From IMG/VR virus record IMGVR_UViG_3300020471_000006, positions 32,001-96,000 of that record: a DNA stretch of 64,000 bases; one strand, given 5' to 3'. Shown one piece after another: positions 1 to 7,301 of this stretch (position 1 is its first letter; each line of letters starts with the position of its first letter). This stretch comes from a virus (lineage: Duplodnaviria; Caudoviricetes). The position numbers and the translations under genes were made by a program. A model generated the notes under the pieces. That model saw nothing but the letters and a program-made list of their open reading frames with translations, was not told where the DNA came from and searched no databases.

Positions 1-1
1 T

Positions 2-643
2 AACACAGTTGACCTCTGGGTCAACTATAAAAAAGTTCTTGATGATGTTTTCCCTGAGTTTAAATTTGATTCACGGTGGTGTGAGTGGACAGGTAAAGGT
101 GGTATGCAATTAACAGCAGACATCTTTACTGCTCCTCATTTTATAAAGTCAAGACGAGTAGATATCTACAATAAAAAATGTGATATCTATAACAATGTAA
201 TCTATCCTAAGACAGGGAGTTATCTTCCCTGTTTCGGGATGGATCTCATGGGTTTCCATGAAAAGAAAGTCATCATTGTATTTGACTTTCAACATCCAGT
301 TGAAAAGTTTTTATTTTCTTTACCTAATTTACCTAAAGCAGAAAGAGACTACAGGTTCTTTGAGATGGGCAACCATTTTTCAGAGAACATTTTTGTTAGG
401 TACTGTACCTTTGATGAAGTAGATAACTATCTACCAGAATTCAGACAGTATCTTGAGGTGTATCGTAGTATGATTGATGAAGCACTACCAACTGGTGAGG
501 ACACATCATTCTATAAAGACTTTGATATTTACATGAAGAAACTTGATCCTATCTTAGGATATATGACAGGCATCTTCGGTAAAGATAAAGCTGACAAAAT
601 GATGGATGAGTTCTTCTTCTCGTATGCTGATGAAAACAAATGA
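2..643 (+). CDS. pebS: Phycoerythrobilin synthase (ferredoxin-dependent bilin reductase), 5'-truncated by the window edge
   Basis: Frame of ORF 104..643 is open back to base 2 (NTVDLWVNYKKVLDDVFPEF...). Motifs YPKTGxxLPCFGMDLM, KVIIVFDFQHP, YRFFEMGNHFSxNIFVRYC and DFDxYMxxLDP match cyanophage PebS as I recall it. Confidence 0.92.
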   Translation, partial: NTVDLWVNYKKVLDDVFPEFKFDSRWCEWTGKGGMQLTADIFTAPHFIKSRRVDIYNKKCDIYNNVIYPKTGSYLPCFGMDLMGFHEKKVIIVFDFQHPVEKFLFSLPNLPKAERDYRFFEMGNHFSENIFVRYCTFDEVDNYLPEFRQYLEVYRSMIDEALPTGEDTSFYKDFDIYMKKLDPILGYMTGIFGKDKADKMMDEFFFSYADENK

Positions 644-809
644 AGTATTGGGTAACCCACTTTGGTTTACCCCAGTCATGATGTTAGCAGTACTATTACT
701 GATAGAAGGTCTTCACACCTCTGCACATCTTCATCAAGAGATAGATGTGCATGGTATCTGTAGGCAGAACAAAGAGTATATTCAGTCACTTGACGAGGCT
801 GAGTATTAA
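630..809 (+). CDS. Small membrane-anchored hypothetical protein
   Basis: In-frame ATG at 630 overlaps the pebS end; one hydrophobic segment (LWFTPVMMLAVLLLIEGL). Confidence 0.6.
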   Translation: MKTNEVLGNPLWFTPVMMLAVLLLIEGLHTSAHLHQEIDVHGICRQNKEYIQSLDEAEY

Positions 810-849
810 TGCTATAATATAGGTCTATTGGCCAAATAGATGATAAGAT

Positions 850-1410
850 ATGGAAAAGATGAAACTGATAGGGATAGGTCTGGGAGGAATTCTAGGCGTA
901 TCCCATCTTGCTATGATAGGTACGCTTGCTACTCGTAGTAACCTACCAACATTAAATGTACCAGTCAATGAGTACACATCCTACAGAGCAAGAGTTACTA
1001 AGGATGGATATGATATAGAATACCGAGCAAATGATCCTAAGACTGTTGTGATAACAGAGGAGGTCAAAGAGAAAGGTGGCTTTCTGGGACTCGCTAACGA
1101 AAATAAAACTGTCGTTAAAGAAGTACCTGTTGATGGGTCACTCTATCCTAGAACACAGAAATATCAAAGAGACGCTTGGGAATCAACAGAGAGAGAACAA
1201 AGATCTGAAGCCTGCGTCAAAGCAATCGGTGGAGGAGAAGGAACAGGTAGAATTGTCGGTGGTAGCGTTGGTGCTGCTGTTGCTACTACTGGTCTTGCCT
1301 CTATCCCTTATGTTGGTTGGGTGCTTGCTGGTGCTGCTACGATGATCGGAATGGATCAAGGTGCAGAGATCGGTGGTAACATGGCAGAAGACTTAAATAA
1401 AAATTGCTAG
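850..1410 (+). CDS. Hypothetical protein with N-terminal hydrophobic segment and C-terminal glycine zipper
   Basis: 186-aa ORF; GxxxG-rich tail (GRIVGGSVGAAVA...GAEIGG). Confidence 0.7.
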   Translation: MEKMKLIGIGLGGILGVSHLAMIGTLATRSNLPTLNVPVNEYTSYRARVTKDGYDIEYRANDPKTVVITEEVKEKGGFLGLANENKTVVKEVPVDGSLYPRTQKYQRDAWESTEREQRSEACVKAIGGGEGTGRIVGGSVGAAVATTGLASIPYVGWVLAGAATMIGMDQGAEIGGNMAEDLNKNC

Positions 1411-1466
1411 GACAGTATACAAACTGACACAAGGTAGTTACATTTCAATTCTTTTTTGTGTATAAT
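1409..1466 (+). promoter_or_regulatory. Palindromic operator-like site plus sigma70-type promoter
   Basis: AGGACAGTA-taca-AACTGACAC (1409-1430), TTACAT (1438-1443), 17-nt spacer, TATAAT (1461-1466). Confidence 0.65.
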
Positions 1467-1491
1467 ATGATTATAGAATCTAAATAAGGAA

Positions 1492-1719
1492 ATGCTAGTA
1501 GGACTATTACAGTTGGCAGAAGCAACTATGATAGCAACAACACTGTCTATTGGACTAGTTGCTACAGGTCATTCTGTTATCAGTGGTGCAGCACCACCAG
1601 ACCTAAGTACATTCATTACATCTGTTCAACCACCATATGAATCAGATGATAAGAGAATATATCCTGACTCTACTAAGAAGCAGAGAGGGGATGAACTACC
1701 TGAACTAATCTCTAAGTAA
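1492..1719 (+). CDS. Hypothetical protein
   Basis: 75-aa ORF behind AAGGA RBS and a CTAAATA late-type motif. Confidence 0.55.
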   Translation: MLVGLLQLAEATMIATTLSIGLVATGHSVISGAAPPDLSTFITSVQPPYESDDKRIYPDSTKKQRGDELPELISK

Positions 1720-1726
1720 AAAACTA

Positions 1727-2131
1727 ATGACAAATTCAAACTTTACACCTGAGTATAACAATGAACCAGTGCCAGGCACTGAGGTGACAGAGCAACCTGG
1801 ATTGTATCCAGAGAACATTGCACCTGATACTCCTGATGGTGTTGTTAACGTACCATATCCAACAGATGATTCTGCTAATGGTAGTGTTACTTTCGATGCA
1901 TCAACTGCTGATGAAACTTTTACAGTAGACTATCCACCAGCACCTCTTGATCCTCGTGTAGATCATGTTCTTGGTTTGCTAGAAGAACTTAATGCAAAGG
2001 TTGAACATCTGCTAGAGCATGCACATAAAGAAGCTGACTGTTGTCCACCACCAGAACCACCAGTAGTGTACGAAGGTTTGGTAACGTTACAACCTGTGCC
2101 ACAGACACCACCACCAGAATACCAAAATTGA
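1727..2131 (+). CDS. Acidic, proline-rich hypothetical protein
   Basis: 134-aa ORF with PPPEPP/PPPEY tracts and a short coiled segment. Confidence 0.6.
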   Translation: MTNSNFTPEYNNEPVPGTEVTEQPGLYPENIAPDTPDGVVNVPYPTDDSANGSVTFDASTADETFTVDYPPAPLDPRVDHVLGLLEELNAKVEHLLEHAHKEADCCPPPEPPVVYEGLVTLQPVPQTPPPEYQN

Positions 2132-2148
2132 TTTTTCAATTCCATAAA

Positions 2149-2177
2149 ACCCCGAAAAATTTTCGGGGTATTTTTTT
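2149..2177. terminator. Intrinsic terminator between convergent units, probably bidirectional
   Basis: ACCCCGAAA-aat-TTTCGGGGT stem, T7 run downstream and short A run upstream. Confidence 0.7.
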
Positions 2178-2190
2178 GCCTAAAAGTTTT

Positions 2191-2469
2191 TTATCCTACC
2201 CACTTAGGTATGTAAACAAAAAACAGAACACAACCCCAGAATGTTACAAGGGCAACGATGTCTGTAAGTCTTTGGTTACCTGCTAGTATGAGTCCTAGAA
2301 TAACTCCACCAAGCCATACCCAATCCATTGTTGAATGAAACTTCTTCCATCCATCACCAAATTCTTTGATGAGTTCGTCTCTTAATTGTGCAAAGAATTT
2401 AGACTGGTGTCGCATGATAACGAACCCTTCATTAAATACCATCACAAAAAATCCAATCCAAAATATCAT
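2191..2469 (-). CDS. Small membrane protein
   Basis: 92 aa with hydrophobic segments; overlaps the gp53 stop (ATGA). Confidence 0.6.
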   Translation of the reverse strand: MIFWIGFFVMVFNEGFVIMRHQSKFFAQLRDELIKEFGDGWKKFHSTMDWVWLGGVILGLILAGNQRLTDIVALVTFWGCVLFFVYIPKWVG

Positions 2470-3122
2470 ACTGTTGAAGTTTTCTTTAGTGTTGACGTTA
2501 TGAAGTCAGATGATTCTTTATACTTGTTAGTCTTCTTGAAATCTGATAAAAATACATCGATCAATGCTGGTTTGAGTAGATATATCTCTCTGTATTTTTC
2601 GTTCTTCTGTACTTCATAATCATAATTATATATTACCTTTGCCAATGCTGTGCCTGGTATACTAATAGGACCAGTTCCATTGTTGAGGTCATGGAAACTA
2701 TTATACCATGATTGATTTACTTTTAGACCAGCAGGTATTAAAACGTTACCTTTGATGTCTTTGTATTCAATAGTTTCGTAATGATGTACACCACTATATG
2801 CTTTGTCACCATACTTATTTTCACTATGAATTCTTATAGCATTATCATCCATTGGTAAATCATAACCAGGATTCACCATGTTATTTGTTATTGCTATCAC
2901 CCAGTCATATTTCACACTACCATAAACTTTATCTGAAATAGTATCTAATCTTTCACCTGTTTGTAAGACATACTTGTCAAAGTATATTGCAAAGTCATAT
3001 ATGTTTTCATCTATCTTATACTTCTTGAAGAAATTCTTCGCAATAGTATAGTCAGCTGCCGAAAACGGATAACTGATAGGAGATTTAGTATATTCTATAC
3101 TAGGTAGTAATGAAAAGAACAT
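2466..3122 (-). CDS. gp53: T4-like baseplate wedge protein gp53
   Basis: MFFSLLPSIEY start, LysM-like GERLDTISDKVYGSxxYDWVIAITNNMVNP, and NEKYREIYLLKP. Confidence 0.85.
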   Translation of the reverse strand: MFFSLLPSIEYTKSPISYPFSAADYTIAKNFFKKYKIDENIYDFAIYFDKYVLQTGERLDTISDKVYGSVKYDWVIAITNNMVNPGYDLPMDDNAIRIHSENKYGDKAYSGVHHYETIEYKDIKGNVLIPAGLKVNQSWYNSFHDLNNGTGPISIPGTALAKVIYNYDYEVQKNEKYREIYLLKPALIDVFLSDFKKTNKYKESSDFITSTLKKTSTV

Positions 3123-4492
3123 TATAGTGTTGGACCGTTGTTTGCAATGTCATCTCTGAAGACAAGTTTTGTCTCTAAGAAGTCTAGTGATAGTTCTGTT
3201 GCTACTGGTGAACCATCTTCGTAAGTAGCATATGCTCCATCAGGAGTATAGTTTACTTGTACTCTTGTGATAGCACATGTTTTATATTGTGTTAGGTATG
3301 GGTGTGCTGTGTTACCTTTCATAAATGAAACCCTACATTGATGTGGTATTGTTATGAAATTTCCACCACCTAAAGCAGGATCATCTTCATCATTACTTCT
3401 ACCAAGTGTAACTAGTTCTTCTGCTAAAGATTGTTGTTCCCAATCTCTTTTACCACGAGAACCAAAACCTGGTAGTGAAGCACGTTTGAATGTGTTGCAG
3501 ATTGTTCTGATGACTTGAGCTTCTTTTTTATCATGTGGAGTCATCTTAAATTTTAATCCAAACTCTCTTAGATCTGGTTGATCGAATAGAACTTCGACGT
3601 TTGGGTTTAATATCACACCTCTAGTTGCTCCAGTAACATCATTAAAGGTTAAGTTTCCAGCCAAACCAGGAACGGCGTTGACACCTTGTGTAAACAATGA
3701 TGTGACTAGATTTTTCATACCTTGACCAACATTATAATCACCTAAAGTTTCCCATTTTCCATTAGCACCAGAAATTGCACCTCTACCTAGGTTACTAAAT
3801 GATTTAGCATTCCATGAAGTTTTATATTCAGTTGATACATCTTGAGGCATGTACATGATGATTGGTCTGTATTTTGCATTATCTTCAAATGGTTTGAAAG
3901 ATGCTGCTGATTCATTGTAACTAGCATATCTAGATCCACCTGTAGCAATATTTACAGCACTATCATCCATACCAGGAGGAACACCACTGGTATTCTTTAA
4001 CTGTAAGTCATAAAATGGTGGTAGATATTCACCAAATTCAAATAAAACATAGTCACTTTCTTTGGTTATATTATCATCATTAGGGTAACGTAATGAACCT
4101 GTTGATCCAGTTGCTTCTCCTCTTTTTTTAATTTCAATTGGGTTACCTTTAACCTCTTGTAGATTCATGTACGCAGAACTTTCTTCAGAATCTGGTATTT
4201 GAAATCCAACTTCAGGATACGCACCATTTTCTGCTACCCATTCTTCACGTAACTCCTGAATTTTCTTTTTTGTTTCCCAATCTTTTAGTAGTGCATCTAT
4301 TTCTTTCTGAGAAGCATAGAAGTATTGATTGACAGGATCAGCAGTAGAATCAGCCTTATGTACATAGAATGTATTAGTTGTTGCATCAAAATAGTAGGTC
4401 TGTCCAGCAGCATATCCTACATTACTCTGGCCATCGTGTTTTAATTGGGTTGCTGTTGATGGTATCGCTTCGATTTTTAGACTTTGTGTCAT
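3122..4492 (-). CDS. gp48: T4-like baseplate tail-tube cap gp48
   Basis: LRYP, IIMYMPQDVSTEY, NPNVEVLFDQPDLREFGLKFKMTP, CAITRVQVNYTPDG and ELSLDFLET motifs; about 130 extra N-terminal residues. Confidence 0.85.
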   Translation of the reverse strand: MTQSLKIEAIPSTATQLKHDGQSNVGYAAGQTYYFDATTNTFYVHKADSTADPVNQYFYASQKEIDALLKDWETKKKIQELREEWVAENGAYPEVGFQIPDSEESSAYMNLQEVKGNPIEIKKRGEATGSTGSLRYPNDDNITKESDYVLFEFGEYLPPFYDLQLKNTSGVPPGMDDSAVNIATGGSRYASYNESAASFKPFEDNAKYRPIIMYMPQDVSTEYKTSWNAKSFSNLGRGAISGANGKWETLGDYNVGQGMKNLVTSLFTQGVNAVPGLAGNLTFNDVTGATRGVILNPNVEVLFDQPDLREFGLKFKMTPHDKKEAQVIRTICNTFKRASLPGFGSRGKRDWEQQSLAEELVTLGRSNDEDDPALGGGNFITIPHQCRVSFMKGNTAHPYLTQYKTCAITRVQVNYTPDGAYATYEDGSPVATELSLDFLETKLVFRDDIANNGPTL

Positions 4493-5175
4493 TGTGCCAT
4501 TGCTACTGATTCTTGTGTTCCATAACCTCTCACAACTCTACGTGCTTTGATTTTATCGTAGAAGTTTTCATTAGTTTCATTCCACACCTCTTCCTTTCTG
4601 AAATTAAATTCAGATGCTTTCCGAGTAATAACAAAATCTTCTATTGGAAGTAGGATTGCTGTATCCCATTCTTCTGCATGAAGATCTAATAATAGACCAT
4701 CTATATTAGACTTAAGATATTTATGGAAGCAAGCCTTAGGTAAGTTGATTCTACCTCTCTGCAAGTCTCTTATAGCAAGTATCCTTTTCTTAGGTGTCAT
4801 ATAGTGTAGGTTAGCCCCAAAGAATTCTTTTGGATCTGATTTAATCACATAAACAAGCGGAAATTTGTCCCAATATGGTAGATATTTGGACTGTGCTTTG
4901 TATTCGAAGAGGAACATGTGACCTTGCACTGCATACCTTCTCAATACATTTCCATCTTGTTGATCTTCAGAGTCAAGAGAATCATATCTCTCATCTCTAA
5001 CAAATTTTTTATGATCTTCTTTGAATCTATTTACTTCTTTACGCACAGCATTTTTATACCATGTGTACGTTTTCTTTTCACCACCAGTTAATGTTGTTAT
5101 TTTTTCAAATATAGTTTCATATCCACTATCGTTTTTTACAGCAGATCGCTGTATGTCTCCAAATCCTTGTGCCAT
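4489..5175 (-). CDS. gp2: T4-like DNA end protector gp2
   Basis: MFLFEYKA, YWDKFPLVYV, GANLHY and CFHKYL motifs; synteny with gp4/gp48. Confidence 0.85.
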   Translation of the reverse strand: MAQGFGDIQRSAVKNDSGYETIFEKITTLTGGEKKTYTWYKNAVRKEVNRFKEDHKKFVRDERYDSLDSEDQQDGNVLRRYAVQGHMFLFEYKAQSKYLPYWDKFPLVYVIKSDPKEFFGANLHYMTPKKRILAIRDLQRGRINLPKACFHKYLKSNIDGLLLDLHAEEWDTAILLPIEDFVITRKASEFNFRKEEVWNETNENFYDKIKARRVVRGYGTQESVAMAQ

Positions 5176-5187
5176 TGTTCATATCTC

Positions 5188-5622
5188 CTACACTCCTAGG
5201 TTATCTTCAGTTAATATTAGAAAACCCATCTGCCTATCTCCACACCAGTCTTCGGCAGCATCCCATTTAGCACGGTTCTTTGCAAATGTTAGAGCAGCTC
5301 TCTTGTAGGCAGATGTTCTTTTATCTTTACCATAAGGGGGTTTTGTTTGTTTCTTTGGTTTTATTTCTATGATGTACTTACCATACGTTCCATCTTTCTT
5401 CTTTACTTTAATATAAAAATCAGGATAGTACCTGTGTGGTTTACCATCTAGAGGTGAACGGTATGGTATGATGACCTCTTCGCTACCCCATTCTATTATA
5501 GAGGTAGTTCTATCACAAAACTTCATAAAATGAAGTTCCCACGATGATCGGTAAACGATTGTAGTGGGATTACCTTTGTACTTTTTAGGGTTCTTAGGTT
5601 TATACAATCCAGTTTTAGCCAT
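5188..5622 (-). CDS. gp4: T4-like head completion nuclease gp4 (TnsA-like)
   Basis: True start probably ATG 5622 (MAKTGLYKPKNPKKYKGNP); YRSSWE, WGSEE, RYYPDF and IEIKP motifs. Confidence 0.88.
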   Translation of the reverse strand: MAKTGLYKPKNPKKYKGNPTTIVYRSSWELHFMKFCDRTTSIIEWGSEEVIIPYRSPLDGKPHRYYPDFYIKVKKKDGTYGKYIIEIKPKKQTKPPYGKDKRTSAYKRAALTFAKNRAKWDAAEDWCGDRQMGFLILTEDNLGV

Positions 5623-5671
5623 ATATAATATAGATCTCACGTTTTTATTTAGTGTGAATATTTCAAAAGTA

Positions 5672-6295
5672 ATGGCGAAAGTAGGTGCTAAGGGAGGAAT
5701 GTCCCTTACTACTTCGTATCGAATTAAATTTGCTAGAGCAGGTGGCACTAATGATGCGATCACAATGATGTGTGATGAAGCACAGTTACCTAACGTACAA
5801 GCTGCTACTGCACAGATGGCAGGTAGGTATCTTGGTGAAGGTCCGTTTCAGTATCCACACACTAGATTGTTTACTGATGTGTCTCTAGGATTCCTATGTG
5901 ATGCAGAGTTAACGCAGTTAAAGTATTTTCAAGTTTGGTATGATGAAATATTTGGTGCTAATAATCAACATTTTATAAAGGATGAGGCAACAGTTGAACA
6001 GATGCATGGTCAAGGAACACCTAATAGATTCAGAACAAATAGATTAAATTATCCAGCAAATTATACTGCTACCACATATATCACAAAGGTTGAACAAAGA
6101 GCAACAGATGTACCATCGATTACATATATGCTCGAAGGTTCTTATCCTTATGCTATTGATGCTGTTCCCTTGTCATATGGGTCATCTCAAATCACTAGAG
6201 TGAATGTTAATTTCCATTATGTTAGACACTCAATGATTTATAGCAATGGAATGGGTGGACTCACAGGAGCAGAGACACAGGTCTTTAACGACTGA
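5672..6295 (+). CDS. Tail-tube-fold baseplate protein (gp54/gp19-like)
   Basis: ATG 5672 divergent from gp4; CDEAQLP, YPYAIDAVPLSYG and VNVNFHY tube-fold motifs. Confidence 0.75.
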   Translation: MAKVGAKGGMSLTTSYRIKFARAGGTNDAITMMCDEAQLPNVQAATAQMAGRYLGEGPFQYPHTRLFTDVSLGFLCDAELTQLKYFQVWYDEIFGANNQHFIKDEATVEQMHGQGTPNRFRTNRLNYPANYTATTYITKVEQRATDVPSITYMLEGSYPYAIDAVPLSYGSSQITRVNVNFHYVRHSMIYSNGMGGLTGAETQVFND

Positions 6296-6367
6296 TATAT
6301 ACCAGCAAATTCGGATTTTCAATTCCATGAAATCGGGAAAAAAATCTCCGCACATTTTTCTCTGAAA

Positions 6368-6393
6368 AAGTCGTATATATAAATATACGACTT
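6368..6393 (+). promoter_or_regulatory. T4-type late promoter TATAAATA (6378-6385) inside a perfect inverted repeat
   Basis: AAGTCGTATAT-ataa-ATATACGACTT; 20 nt upstream of the gp26 ATG. Confidence 0.75.
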
Positions 6394-6405
6394 GAATTAG
6401 TTTTT

Positions 6406-7119
6406 ATGGCATTACCGAAAGTTGGGTATCCCACCTACGAATTAGAATTACCTTCAAATGGCAAAACAGTCAAATATCGACCATTTTTGGTAAAAGAAGA
6501 AAAAGTACTTTTGCTGGCTTTAGAGTCAGAAGACGAAAAACAGGTTACATCTGCTGTTAAGGATTTAATCAAAAATTGCGTTCTTTCAAGAATTAAGGTA
6601 GAAACACTACCATTGTTTGATTTGGAATATCTGTTTTTGAGGATTCGTGGTGCTTCTATTGGAGAAACCATTACTTTGACTGTAACTTGTCTTGATGATA
6701 ATAAGACAAAAGCAGAAGCACATATCAATATTGATGATATTAAGGTTTTTAAGCCAGAAGGTCATTCTAACAAAATTGCGTTAACTGACGAAATGGGTAT
6801 TGTTATGAAATATCCAAGTATGCAGAGATTCATCGAATTAGACTTTTTACAGAAAGAATTGAATACTGAGGAAGTTTTTGAATTAATCGCAGAAAGTATA
6901 GATCAGATATATGATGGTGAAGACGTATTTGACTCAACTACCACTACAAAGAAGGAATTCCGCACATTTGTAGATACTTTGACTACTAAACAATTTGAGT
7001 CAATTCAACAATTTTATCAAACTTCGCCTAAATTGAGTCATACCTTCACAGTGGTAAACCCTAATACTGGAGTGGATTCGGAATATACAATTGAGGGTCT
7101 ACAGAGTTTTTTCGCATAG
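6406..7119 (+). CDS. gp26: T4-like baseplate hub assembly protein gp26
   Basis: MALPK..PTYELELPS, YRPFLVKEEKVLLLA, FDLEYLFLRIRGASIGE and C-terminal EGLQSFF. Confidence 0.88.
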   Translation: MALPKVGYPTYELELPSNGKTVKYRPFLVKEEKVLLLALESEDEKQVTSAVKDLIKNCVLSRIKVETLPLFDLEYLFLRIRGASIGETITLTVTCLDDNKTKAEAHINIDDIKVFKPEGHSNKIALTDEMGIVMKYPSMQRFIELDFLQKELNTEEVFELIAESIDQIYDGEDVFDSTTTTKKEFRTFVDTLTTKQFESIQQFYQTSPKLSHTFTVVNPNTGVDSEYTIEGLQSFFA

Positions 7120-7145
7120 CACTCTTCCACAATAGTTTGGAAGGG
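7107..7145 (+). other. Candidate -1 programmed ribosomal frameshift signal
   Basis: T TTT TTC heptamer (7107-7113) in the gp26 frame, 8-nt spacer, stem CTCTTCCA (7122-7129)/TGGAAGGG (7138-7145). Confidence 0.65.
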
Positions 7146-7154
7146 TACTATAGA

Positions 7155-7301
7155 ATGAATTTTGCTCTGATGCAGTACCATAAATACAGTTTGACGGAAG
7201 TAGAAAATTGGATGCCTTGGGAACGTGAAGTTTATGTAGCGTTTTTGATGCAATATTTAGAAGAAGTCAAACAAAAGCAACAACAAGCACAGAATGGCTA
7301 G
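7155..7301 (+). CDS. gp51: gp51-like C-terminal module, missed by the ORF track; the -1 frame is open from 7107
   Basis: MNFALMQYHKYSLTEVENWMPWEREVYVAFLMQYLEE resembles the C-terminus of T4 gp51; stop overlaps the next ATG (7294). Confidence 0.75.
   Translation: MNFALMQYHKYSLTEVENWMPWEREVYVAFLMQYLEEVKQKQQQAQNG

Noticed and set aside
5564-5763. Long overlapping 5' extensions of gp4 and the gp54-like gene given by the ORF track
   Set aside because: Homology-like sequence starts at ATG 5622 (-) and 5672 (+), leaving a short divergent promoter gap.
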